A stretch of 32,000 nucleotides of DNA from an uncultured archaeon (GCA_964589775.1 CAZPUN010000033.1:7104-39103), one strand, 5' to 3'. Shown: positions 12,801 through 20,442, counted from the stretch's first letter. Numbers and translations are program-made. Notes: generated by a model not told the origin, from the letters alone.

Positions 12801-14648
12801 TACATTATTTAGTGCTCCAAGAGCCGAATCATTTGCCCAGACTTGAATTGTCCATTCACCCACAGTTGCATTAGTACCACCTAATGTAAAAGCATCAGAG
12901 TACGCATAACCAGTAGCATCAACTGTGGAAGTGCATGAATACCATAAGTTTCCACTCGGGTCGTAGATTGTAAAATTAACTACTGCGTTTGCATAAGCAG
13001 TACCAATATATGCACGTATTTTAGTCCGATCATTTGCTCTGAAATTGTATGTCTTAGAGTAAGTACTAGTACTTGGAACTAAAACTTCAACGTTTGAAAT
13101 CATGTTAGGTGATGTGCCTTTAAGTTTCCAATAACCATTTATTCTCTGTGAGGTTTCACCATATTCTGTGTAAATAATTTCAGCTGCACTAATATTTACC
13201 AAACCGTCGCCAGGATCTCCATAACTCCACCCACTTGTTTGATTCAGCCAGGGCTTAGAAGGTTCAGCTAAGAAATTAATATCTCGATTTTGAGGTATTG
13301 TAACATTGAAGAAGAAATGTGGGTCATATCCTGACGGCACCGCAACATAATAATAGAAGTTCCATTGAACATTCGTGCCATTTTGCACTGAGAAATGCTC
13401 ACCTAATGCACCAGGATCAATATCATAAATTGTCTTTCCATTTAATCGTCGTGCATATAATGTTAATTGAACGTCCATTTCAACAATAATTGTCAGGTCA
13501 GGGTCAGGTGGATTAGGAATTGGAGTCCATGTGAATACTGCATCAACACTTGATCCAGTCCAGGGTGTTGAAGGTACTTGAGTTACTTGACCCATGCCCC
13601 ATAAGGTATTACTACCACTTTGTACATCTGAAACATCAATATTATTCATTTTCAAATTCAGGTTAGAGGGCTTTGCTTCAGTTTTCATATACAGATGTAC
13701 ATTATCAAAATACGCACGTGGAGAAATATCAATATAACCATACCATTCGGTTTGAGTAGTATTTAAACCAAGCTCAATTGTTACATCAGGTAATGTAAAT
13801 ATATCTGGAGAAACGGGAATCAAACCAGTATTATACCAATTTTCAGAGGGAATAGCATCATAGACTCTGCTCCAGACTTTATGTCTAACACCATTAGAAA
13901 TTATCGTAACATAAATTTCAAAGAATCCAGTGGGAGTATATCCATATCTATCCCAAGCCGTAGTAACTCGATAGCTTAAAGATACAGCCGCCCAAAATAC
14001 ATTCCCACGATCTATTGACATAGATTGTTGTACATATGCATAATCACCTGCATCGTACCAGTACCACGTGTTACCGCCGCCAGAACCATCATAGCTGTAT
14101 GAAGTGTATTCACCATCTATACCTAAGGATGCAACACCAGAATCAACCTGATGAATGAAACTATTTACATAATGAGGGTTCCCACTATCGTCAGTATATG
14201 GTTGAAGATCATTATGCCCAAAAGTCCAGTAGCTGGTATCATCAAAACCAGGATTTCGAACCCATGTACGGTTCTCAGATAAATTAGTAATATTAGCGAA
14301 AAGACGATAACCTTCCCAGTTAGAACCAAGAGGGACTGAATCTGTTGCACTTGTAGTTCCGCTTCCGGGAATATACCGCAGTTGCGTAGCCGCAAACGTA
14401 TCAGTACGGTCACCATATTCATACACATCAAGTGCATCACCAGTACCTGAATATTCGCTTAATGCTTGCGATATAGTAAATGTGTCTATATCAGGTACTG
14501 AATTTTGGTTATCGATTTCAGTATCCGCATTTGACTCAACCACTCTATCATCAGTATTTCTATTTAGATTAATAATTGGAAATACAGCTAGAGTGGGCAG
14601 AACAAGAATAACCAATAGTAATATCATCTTTTTATTTTTCAATAGCAA
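6834..14648 (-). CDS. Giant single-pass (type I) cell-surface glycoprotein, paralogue A, 2604 aa
   Basis: Basic plus hydrophobic N-terminal signal. NPGF...YFDNV jelly-roll-like head. About 17 repeats of 90-120 aa (T-x-L...Y-x-D...I-x-G-A...G-N-G-x-Y...N-T...G-x-Y...K-x-x-Y). Very many N-x-S/T sequons. TM helix ISYGFVGIFVIVILGALW at about 7401-7455, followed by a charged helical tail. TTG start at 14648 or 14642 (the latter is better spaced from the GAGGTG SD). Confidence 0.93.
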   Translation of the reverse strand: MLLKNKKMILLLVILVLPTLAVFPIINLNRNTDDRVVESNADTEIDNQNSVPDIDTFTISQALSEYSGTGDALDVYEYGDRTDTFAATQLRYIPGSGTTSATDSVPLGSNWEGYRLFANITNLSENRTWVRNPGFDDTSYWTFGHNDLQPYTDDSGNPHYVNSFIHQVDSGVASLGIDGEYTSYSYDGSGGGNTWYWYDAGDYAYVQQSMSIDRGNVFWAAVSLSYRVTTAWDRYGYTPTGFFEIYVTIISNGVRHKVWSRVYDAIPSENWYNTGLIPVSPDIFTLPDVTIELGLNTTQTEWYGYIDISPRAYFDNVHLYMKTEAKPSNLNLKMNNIDVSDVQSGSNTLWGMGQVTQVPSTPWTGSSVDAVFTWTPIPNPPDPDLTIIVEMDVQLTLYARRLNGKTIYDIDPGALGEHFSVQNGTNVQWNFYYYVAVPSGYDPHFFFNVTIPQNRDINFLAEPSKPWLNQTSGWSYGDPGDGLVNISAAEIIYTEYGETSQRINGYWKLKGTSPNMISNVEVLVPSTSTYSKTYNFRANDRTKIRAYIGTAYANAVVNFTIYDPSGNLWYSCTSTVDATGYAYSDAFTLGGTNATVGEWTIQVWANDSALGALNNVGFFLRKFTITHATDITLYYPLSAQSTWTTTATFGDNILVKIRIQDVDAGESVPGGVMTYNWTTGIEQLSDLGTGEYSVVLNTTQLGSNGRFTLSISWSKAYYDSKQHYFYLEVYYDSQLTSSSSPGISVPKTAYGDIYVDFVDQNNNGITGATITCNWSDYSVIATGTPGSYRIHINAEPYDLGTYKIEINASKEYVYSKKIILQVTVRELYTSATPSASFLTLPVGGYVDLNITYHDTDQDLPMIGDSDAFSTDWCSFHTSGQINYTIFDYGNGVYRIRFYSYNNDPLGSYTVQINIEKYGYQNHTLTIHIDVKTHLTSFSLDNPVNPTPYTGTIVVTVYYYDASMNVGIANDTANGHNVLIYLVASGINLQYVVTNATTGAGHYNITLPADQWGSIGWKEFTVYVNWTGSSLKYYNKTLDIKVRITGSETMIKIIHSPDAVQYMTNTSWTLAYWDTANNTGIANSTGAYAGNVHVFITMITSGESVTQSDFWINETQAGYYEFKLDTSKLSRIGEFTVRIQFNWTKGQLPLYENQTIEIIFRVLQRQTYIDWTPIPTTPYNELVNFSFKVVDLLSGNHINYSSNMYVSIVESGIIYVIYYDGNDTGMFHFEINTTSWGNPGTFVFHLNVTLVGWPFYQNHTGQEITINIRYRHTQLTHGSYEPVQFANVLTLSFTYTDLDSGSTTGMSGTLELNASLAGYYTYTFNGDGSFTLYLNSSGFQNLGTFAVVATVTYNGSNYCDNAVDVFYVVVIQRRAQLGYEIPDPAPYLEFANISVRYYDDTTSRGIYGATITASCATANETLQLNVNYFVSYQGNGWYLVSINTTALGGLGSYEIDIVASWTGIPYYTDNSRTVEVVVTLRNAKLTIVKTPVDTPFMNNVTFQFSFRDGLTDSGIDITKANIILTHGTSNTLITANQYVLTGGSGLYTISLNSTILTSVLVSGHIINITIIWGNIAPYYDNISVTTEVSIVERPTRLVFLQVPSVAYGNNITITIRYEDFYTTRGISGANTSLICINATGSITYDVIYLGNGYYSFIVNSSQLPNLGKYLFSVNFTYTPSPYYQDQLNGHVYATLRSISTLLQVSVPTPGTVPVGDNVIANVTYWNIDSDTGIEGANITVNWQQLYGTSITITELGNGIYQLNISTVGLNAQVYSFTVWAGKQTHLNKTADVDIELAPIPTSIDLKKSVISVVWTENVTIVLTVWDSHNVLPLTGFDLQAVWAGNTYTNFTSYGNGTYSLTFNTQIEPVGTYIITISGNKTNYRSPVAQVTLTIIKVSTSLSSDTLTFEAVDQETITFWVFYNDTYFGHPISGATVTFEWEFGSGTLIANGTAGYYVGNITINEYPIGTYTLYISAKKDNYAESSVFMTLTIESVPTAISIKDGIQIINCYHGQTVNITVYVYNTKLNIPVLHATVMYSSTFASGNLTELGNGWYFAIINTSKAEIGSFYISITAQKTGYRSAYIRPTLNVLSIPTEIITLNPVIEEYYGRNVTFKVYFNDTLNNKAILAANGTYRWIIGSGNVYSYGNGTFYIIVNTGEARPGQYSITIVLDAKYHDSARKSVILRIKEIPTTVILPQKLIYPVGDPFNLRFTYMDSLNDLGIPNASVSLLWTFGIVELTDMHNGTYVFSSSSFEDQFKLEPNNYTLTLVFSKMNYSIKQEEVVLSIILIPTEIKISVTEVYFSPGDLYTLRFVYYDTYHNRSIPNATIDVDTSSDRIHFEGKVIDYNNGTYAMNFTINDIGTFFINIKAHKQDYRTSEIQIIVYSQYNEQQMAFFRMISYGFVGIFVIVILGALWIKVFSIPKPVRRINKIVKRLEKGKIPPVPPAPSRHEILISIIQQYLEPFGITKTPDDIVEFPISIKVPELSALLEELASITGLSEEDIEEFKEDLYKMKASERIGFVKEVIAQERARRAKAIAEGKTPIEKPKPKEKPEHLTEEEIEELRKKLKEKGISDSEIELILEQAKELSRADLDALLDTILRG

Positions 14649-14662
14649 AGCACCTCTAACCT

Positions 14663-14675
14663 ATTGATAATCAAT
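14663..14675. promoter_or_regulatory. Perfect palindrome ATTGAT-A-ATCAAT in the divergent giant-gene/gap intergenic region; possible operator
   Basis: 6-1-6 inverted repeat just upstream of the SD of paralogue A. The region is AT-rich, so chance is not excluded. Confidence 0.3.
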
Positions 14676-14817
14676 CATAAAGTCTCAATTGTAATAAATT
14701 TCTAATTATGAATATATAAATAAAATTTGTATGTATAGAACAAACACTCACATTTTGAAATAAAAAAGGAAAAAAATATTAATGAAAAGAGTTTACGGAC
14801 ACTCGGAGGAACCGAAT

Positions 14818-15819
14818 TTGGTAAGAGTCGCAATTAACGGTTTTGGCCGTATAGGACGAAACTATATGAAAGCCGCACTGGAACACAAGGATATTGAGAT
14901 CGTCGCAATTAATGACCTAACATCGCCGGACATGCTCGCATATCTTTTCAAATATGATAGTGTTTTTGGCAAATTCAAAGGCGAAGTAAAGGTTGAAGGC
15001 GATCATTTAACGATTAATGGGCGTAAAATCAAGGTTCTCTCTGAACCAGATCCTTCAAAGCTTCCATGGAAAGATTTGAACATTGATATTGTAATTGAAA
15101 GCACTGGAAGATTTCGAAAGAGAAAGGACGCACAGAAACATCTAGAAGCGGGAGCTAAGAAGGTGATAATTTCTGCACCAGCTACAGATGAGGATATTAC
15201 GATCGTTTTAGGGGTAAATGATAAGGACTATGAACCTGAGAAGCACCATATTATATCAAATGCAAGCTGCACAACAAATTGCCTTGCACCAATTGCAAAA
15301 GTCCTTCATGAAAAGTTCAAAATCATAAAGGGTACAATGACCACTGTACATGCCTATACAAATGACCAAAGAATCTTGGATTACCCACATAAGAAATTCA
15401 CACGAGCCAGAGCCGCCGCACAAAACATTATCCCGACAACTACAGGAGCTGCAGAAGCCATTTCAAAAGTACTACCGGAACTTGAAGGAAAACTAATAGG
15501 TGTTGCATTACGTGTTCCGGTACCTGATGCTTCAATTGTAGACCTAGTTGTCGAAGTCGAAAAGGAAACAACTGTTGAGGAAGTAAAGAAGGCATTCAAA
15601 GAAGCAGCTGAAGGAAGCATGAAGGGAATACTGGGATACTGCGAAGAGCCTTTAGTATCTTCAGATTATATAGGAGATTCTAGAAGTTCTATTGTCGATG
15701 CAAATAATGTATGGGTAATAAATAAAAACATGGTCAAGGTCTTTTCGTGGTATGATAACGAGTGGGGTTACTCATCTAGACTTGTGGACCTGACCAAACT
15801 AGTTGCATCGAAATTGTAA
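14818..15819 (+). CDS. gap: Type I (bacterial/eukaryotic-class) phosphorylating glyceraldehyde-3-phosphate dehydrogenase
   Basis: [17 protein letters not shown], catalytic [26 protein letters not shown] and WYDNEWGYS motifs. TTG at 14818, 8 nt after GGAGG, is preferred over the track start at 14782. Confidence 0.97.
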   Translation: MVRVAINGFGRIGRNYMKAALEHKDIEIVAINDLTSPDMLAYLFKYDSVFGKFKGEVKVEGDHLTINGRKIKVLSEPDPSKLPWKDLNIDIVIESTGRFRKRKDAQKHLEAGAKKVIISAPATDEDITIVLGVNDKDYEPEKHHIISNASCTTNCLAPIAKVLHEKFKIIKGTMTTVHAYTNDQRILDYPHKKFTRARAAAQNIIPTTTGAAEAISKVLPELEGKLIGVALRVPVPDASIVDLVVEVEKETTVEEVKKAFKEAAEGSMKGILGYCEEPLVSSDYIGDSRSSIVDANNVWVINKNMVKVFSWYDNEWGYSSRLVDLTKLVASKL

Positions 15820-17012
15820 TCTTCTTCTTTCTCTTTTTTATTTCTGTTGCACTGGATCAATGATCCGATTCCAAGCGCTATAAAATTCAATAAGCTCGCC
15901 ATGTAGAAAAGTCTACTTATCAAGCCCAAGTAAGTATCTACAAGATATCCACCAATTACAGGACCAATAGACGTACCAATACCTTGTGCCATTGAAACTG
16001 CAGACATTGCACGTGCTCGCTGCCTATCAGATGTAAGCTGAGCTGCAAGAAGAGAACTACCTGCCATGTACATTGGGAACACTGGACTCATCCAGATAAT
16101 AGCTGCAATAAATGGATCGTGTACATTCGATAAGACAATGTAAATCAGCCCGTAAAGTGTTGGAGCCGCTAGGTATATCTTTTTACCTCCGAATTTATCG
16201 CCTAAACGCCCTAATACAGGCATCAGAAATGCGCCAGAGATGGCAGCAACAGAATTTCCCATGCCCACGTAAATTGGAATACCTCCGAGCTCGGTTATCA
16301 TCCAAACAGGCATGAGATATCCAATCATTTGAACAGCAGACATCATGATCAAAACAGATATGAATAAAAGAAATACTGAACGAATTCGTACGACTTCTGT
16401 AAAGGAAACTTGTTCAGTCTCAGGGATTTCTTCGATTTCAATGTCTTTTACTCTAAATGTAATTACAAGTATAGCTATAAACATTAGCATAAATGAGATT
16501 AAGAATAGATTTCGCATACCACCAGCTTCAATCGGAACTACATAAGTGAGGTATAGCCCACCAACAAGAGCGCCAGTCCAACCAAAGGCCCGTGAGAACA
16601 TATAATTTCCAATTACTTTGCCTTTTTCATCAACCCCATGAGTAATCAAAGCAAGCGCTGAAGGATCTGCAGCAACACCAAATGCCATAGACACTGCAGA
16701 GATAAAAATAAACAGATAGACATTATTCACAAATGCCAGAAGCAAGTAGGAAATACCTGTGCCGATAAAACCCAATAATAAAAATGGCTTTCTCTTTCCG
16801 AGCTTATCGGACCACTTGCCCCAAATTCCTACGGTAAATAAGCCTACAAATGGAGGGATGCTACCTGCTAGAGCATTTATGGTTAGGGATGTTTCACCAA
16901 GACCAGTATTAATAAAATATGAATAGAATTGAAGAATCAAACTCATTGCAAAGCTATTAAAGAAATATGCGAGATATATCCATCTTGAATTTGATGAGTT
17001 ATCGGCGGTCAT
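15768..17012 (-). CDS. MFS transporter (about 12 TM)
   Basis: Motif A-like [11 protein letters not shown] and [11 protein letters not shown] in the two halves; [10 protein letters not shown]; hydrophobic pattern. Confidence 0.93.
   Translation of the reverse strand: MTADNSSNSRWIYLAYFFNSFAMSLILQFYSYFINTGLGETSLTINALAGSIPPFVGLFTVGIWGKWSDKLGKRKPFLLLGFIGTGISYLLLAFVNNVYLFIFISAVSMAFGVAADPSALALITHGVDEKGKVIGNYMFSRAFGWTGALVGGLYLTYVVPIEAGGMRNLFLISFMLMFIAILVITFRVKDIEIEEIPETEQVSFTEVVRIRSVFLLFISVLIMMSAVQMIGYLMPVWMITELGGIPIYVGMGNSVAAISGAFLMPVLGRLGDKFGGKKIYLAAPTLYGLIYIVLSNVHDPFIAAIIWMSPVFPMYMAGSSLLAAQLTSDRQRARAMSAVSMAQGIGTSIGPVIGGYLVDTYLGLISRLFYMASLLNFIALGIGSLIQCNRNKKEKEEDYNFDATSLVRSTSLDE
15820..15843 (+). 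terminator. Pyrimidine/oligo-T tract after gap (archaeal-type terminator)
   Basis: tcttcttctttctcttttttattt directly follows the gap stop codon. Confidence 0.45.
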
Positions 17013-17089
17013 TGTAGTTCTTAGAAAGCAATTCTTAATAGGATATTAATATTCTTTTTGTAAGTGCAATTCTTTGAGAGGCACTAATA

Positions 17090-18136
17090 ATGTCAGACGA
17101 AATAATTTTAGAAGTGAAAAACCTTACCGCAACATATCCATATGAAGAACGAAAAGCGATAGCTTTGGAAAATGTTTCCTTTAAAGTATATAAAGGAGAT
17201 ACATTTGGAATCCTAGGCGAATCAGGTTCTGGAAAATCCACATTAGGCTATGCAATATTAGGATTGGGCGCAAAACCCGGAGAGATTCAACCTGCAGGAA
17301 AAACTATGCCTGTAATCGAATCCGGCGAAATCATATTTATGGGTAAAGACATCCTAAAGCTTTCAAAGGAAGAATTACTACAAATCCGCGGTAAGGATCT
17401 AACGTATGTATTTCAAGGGCTTCATTCGCCTCTAAATCCGATGTTTGAAATTGGAGATCAGACAGGAGAACCTGTTGAGGTTCATGAGAATCTTGATGAA
17501 TATAAAATACAAAAGCGTGTCATTGAATTTCTTGGACATGTACGAATTGCAGATGCGATCGCTAGATATATGCAACATCCGCAACAATTCTCAGGAGGAG
17601 AAGCACAAAGAATTCTAATAGCAATGGCACTTATAGAAGGACCTAAGCTAACGTATTTTGATGAGCCAACATCAGCATTAGATGTTACTACACAACGCCA
17701 AATTATGAATCTGATTATTGACCTTCGAGAACAATTTGGATTTACTTCAGTTATCACAACTCATAATGCAGGTATAATCGGCGAAATGACTACTAGAACA
17801 ATGGTCCTATATGGCGGTAGAGTAATGGAAATTGGAGATACAAGAACTATCTTCAAGAATGCAGGACATCCATACACAAGAGGATTAATATTGGCAAATC
17901 CATCCTTAATTAGACTAGTTGGTCGCAGATACAGAATTCGGGGAATTCCTGGAAATCCACCATCCGCATTTGAAGACGAACGCCCCAGAGGGTGTATCTT
18001 TCATCCCCGATGCGAGTTCGCAACAGACGAATGCAGGGAGAAAATTCCTGAACTAAAAGAGGTTGAGCCGGGGCATTTCGTGGCATGCCATCGATATGAA
18101 GAATTGCCAGAATTTCAAGATATGTTCAAACGCTAA
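17090..18136 (+). CDS. oppD: Oligopeptide/dipeptide ABC transporter ATP-binding protein (OppD/DppD family)
   Basis: Walker A GESGSGKS, Q-loop VFQ, signature FSGGEAQR, Walker B FDEPT, H-loop TTHN, HPYT, and C-terminal Cys-rich GCIFHPRC...C...VACH. Confidence 0.93.
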   Translation: MSDEIILEVKNLTATYPYEERKAIALENVSFKVYKGDTFGILGESGSGKSTLGYAILGLGAKPGEIQPAGKTMPVIESGEIIFMGKDILKLSKEELLQIRGKDLTYVFQGLHSPLNPMFEIGDQTGEPVEVHENLDEYKIQKRVIEFLGHVRIADAIARYMQHPQQFSGGEAQRILIAMALIEGPKLTYFDEPTSALDVTTQRQIMNLIIDLREQFGFTSVITTHNAGIIGEMTTRTMVLYGGRVMEIGDTRTIFKNAGHPYTRGLILANPSLIRLVGRRYRIRGIPGNPPSAFEDERPRGCIFHPRCEFATDECREKIPELKEVEPGHFVACHRYEELPEFQDMFKR

Positions 18137-18158
18137 TTTTATTGTCTTTTTTTATTTA
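18137..18158 (+). terminator. Oligo-T terminator after oppD
   Basis: ttttattgtctttttttattt immediately after the TAA. Confidence 0.5.
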
Positions 18159-18450
18159 TCTAAAGAGAATCCAGTTACTTATTGTGTGGATATCAGACCC
18201 GAATCGAGATGTAAGGGCTCTGCATATAGGATATCATACAATAGCCATTTCTGGTAATATACGCATCATGCCCCAACGAGAAAGCTTTGATTAGCGTTAC
18301 AGTTCTTTTCTGAAAATCTTTTTGTATGCAATACATTCATGTCGTAAGCAATTTTGAGATTTAGATAGGTTGATTTATGACGTAGGCCTACACTTTCAAG
18401 GACTTCTATACGATCCATCACCACTTTCTAAAGGAATCTGGCCTCACATC

Positions 18451-20076
18451 TTATTGGTAAAATGAAAAATATGATTCAAATTGATTATACCAATCATTCC
18501 ATGTAGGAGGATGTTTAAATTCTTGATTTATTGTATCCCAATATTCAACTGGAAGATTCCTAAAGAATTCCATTTTACGACCTACAAAATATATTGAGAA
18601 TGATAAATCTTCAAAGTCTTGAAGGTAAATTCTGAGCATATCACCGATTTTGATTGAGGTACCATAGGGAATTTTTATTCGCACTAATGTAGAGTTTTCA
18701 TTATCTGAAATGATATATATTAGCGGTAATTTTCTTAATCCATTTAATACACCTTTTTGCTTTGAGATAGGCCCACGTATGAGAAGATATAGGGTATCAT
18801 GAAGACCTAAATTTCCAAGAATAGTGTAGTCTTTAACATATCCAAAATGATATAATTCACGCTTAATGCTTCTAACTTCAGACTGGCTTAGTTTGAGATT
18901 TTTCGCAATTTCCGAAATTGTCGAATTTTCTTTGAGAAGTTCATTTGCGATGTAAATATATTTTTTACTTAATGTTGTAGAGATGTAAATCGAGTATTGT
19001 GGAAAGTTAAACTTGCACTTTGCTGCTCTCTGTGCTTGCTTTAACCATATTGCCCAATTAAAATCCCACTTATCCTTAATTAACTTTAAAATTGCAAAAT
19101 TGGTGTGAATACTATAACTTCTTCGTTGCAGAGATATAATATTATAATAATCTCTAAGTTTTGAGAGCATATGATTAAATTCTCTGAGAGAACGATTTCG
19201 ATTATATAATTCAAAAACAGCTATTATACCACCAGCATGTGAAATTATTGGCCAATATGCCCATAAGAATGGATTCCCTACAAAAATTTCACTCGGATGA
19301 ATCAATTCAGTTCGCTTACGTTGAAAAATTACATAGAAGATAGGCATATTAAATTTTTGAGAAATATATACTGGTTTTTCTATCAATAATCCTTTTGCTT
19401 TCAATCTTGATATCGCAGAGAAAATTGTCCGTTTAGCAAGACCAGTCGTTAATAATAAATGGTCTATATCGATCTCTTGCGTATAATCAATATTATCAAG
19501 AATTTTCAATTCACTTGGACTCACTCGTGGTGGGATTTCATAAATGATTTCATCAATAAAACGATAATAATTTACTTCATCTAAGGTATTGCACATTTCA
19601 GAATATTTGTTGAGAGATTCAAAGACTATTTGTACAAATTTGTTTGCAGTATATTTATTATAAAGAGGAAATTTTTGGGGGGCATCATATTCAACATAGC
19701 CATCCGTAAATCTCTTTGAATGCAATTTCCATAATTCATGCCAATATTTTGATTCGACTTCACTTAAATGTATTCGAGCGAATTCGTTTCCAAGATCTGC
19801 TGTTGATGGGATATTTTTACAAAATGATGGCAAATATTGCAGGAAAACTTCTCTTAGAACAATTCCTTTTATTATTTTATCGAGATTATATTTCGTATTT
19901 AGTAACAGTATATTATCTTTTAGGAATCCAGCAAAACGAGGTCCAATTTCTTCTTTTTGTACATATGAAATGTTGTCAATCTGTATTTTCTTGGCAGGCA
20001 CCTTTAGATATTGTGAAACAACATTATTTGACCAAAGCAAGAGATCTTTAATATCATCTTCATCCATTGCTATCAT
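18451..20076 (-). CDS. Large regulator-like protein with two winged-HTH/Lrp-AsnC-like modules and an extra N-terminal domain
   Basis: SELKILD...IDHLLLTTGLAKRTIFSAISRLKAKGLL and TISEIAKNLKLSQSEVRSIKRELYHFGYVK, each followed by an alpha/beta segment of ACT/RAM-like size. Confidence 0.7.
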   Translation of the reverse strand: MIAMDEDDIKDLLLWSNNVVSQYLKVPAKKIQIDNISYVQKEEIGPRFAGFLKDNILLLNTKYNLDKIIKGIVLREVFLQYLPSFCKNIPSTADLGNEFARIHLSEVESKYWHELWKLHSKRFTDGYVEYDAPQKFPLYNKYTANKFVQIVFESLNKYSEMCNTLDEVNYYRFIDEIIYEIPPRVSPSELKILDNIDYTQEIDIDHLLLTTGLAKRTIFSAISRLKAKGLLIEKPVYISQKFNMPIFYVIFQRKRTELIHPSEIFVGNPFLWAYWPIISHAGGIIAVFELYNRNRSLREFNHMLSKLRDYYNIISLQRRSYSIHTNFAILKLIKDKWDFNWAIWLKQAQRAAKCKFNFPQYSIYISTTLSKKYIYIANELLKENSTISEIAKNLKLSQSEVRSIKRELYHFGYVKDYTILGNLGLHDTLYLLIRGPISKQKGVLNGLRKLPLIYIISDNENSTLVRIKIPYGTSIKIGDMLRIYLQDFEDLSFSIYFVGRKMEFFRNLPVEYWDTINQEFKHPPTWNDWYNQFESYFSFYQ

Positions 20077-20137
20077 GACCCATCATGAAACAATGATTTA
20101 CGCATAGAATTTTCTTATTTAAAAAATAAATCAATAA

Positions 20138-20154
20138 GGCGGGTACACACCGCC
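20138..20154 (-). terminator. GC hairpin GGCGG-N7-CCGCC followed by a U-rich run, downstream of the small charged ORF
   Basis: The minus strand reads GGCGGTGTGTACCCGCC ttattgatttatttttt, 12 nt after the stop at 20167. It is a GC island in a very AT-rich spacer. Confidence 0.45.
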
Positions 20155-20166
20155 AATATAAAAAGG

Positions 20167-20355
20167 TTATTCTTCTGGTTTTTTCTTCATTTTTTCCTCG
20201 AGATGCCCTTCTAGAGTTTCTCCGATTTTGTGCATTTCCTCGATGCGTTTCTGTTTTTCTTCCTCCTTCTTCTTCTTCATTTCTTCAATGCGCTCTTTGC
20301 CTTCAATTAATTCCTTTTTAAGTTCCTCGGGGATCTTCTTTTCTTCTTCGCTCAT
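20167..20355 (-). CDS. Small, highly charged (E/K-rich) helical protein, 62 aa
   Basis: AGGTGA SD 5 nt before the ATG at 20355 (MSEEEKKIPEELKKEL...); strongly purine-biased coding strand. Confidence 0.8.
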   Translation of the reverse strand: MSEEEKKIPEELKKELIEGKERIEEMKKKKEEEKQKRIEEMHKIGETLEGHLEEKMKKKPEE

Positions 20356-20442
20356 TATATTCACCTTCTAAGCTATCGTTAGAACGTAGCAGCGTATATT
20401 ATTATAGGAAAGAGGTGATATATATTATTTTCTTCAAATAAC

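Noticed and set aside
2784-14667. Short ORF-track entries within the giant genes (2784, 3572, 5095, 6119, 7111, 8066, 8335, 9100, 9713, 11211, 14165, 14482)
   Set aside because: Antisense or off-frame shadows of long, well-supported genes, with no recognisable motifs.
14663-14675. FNR or Fur box
   Set aside because: FNR needs TTGAT-N4-ATCAA (here N1), and the match to the Fur consensus is only partial.
18179-18418. Selenoprotein call for the UGA read-through ORF
   Set aside because: No recognisable selenoprotein family or redox motif and no SECIS identified; kept only as an unexplained spacer.
18137-18450. SRP RNA, RNase P RNA or tRNA
   Set aside because: The length is suggestive, but the conserved motifs and GC-rich helices are absent.
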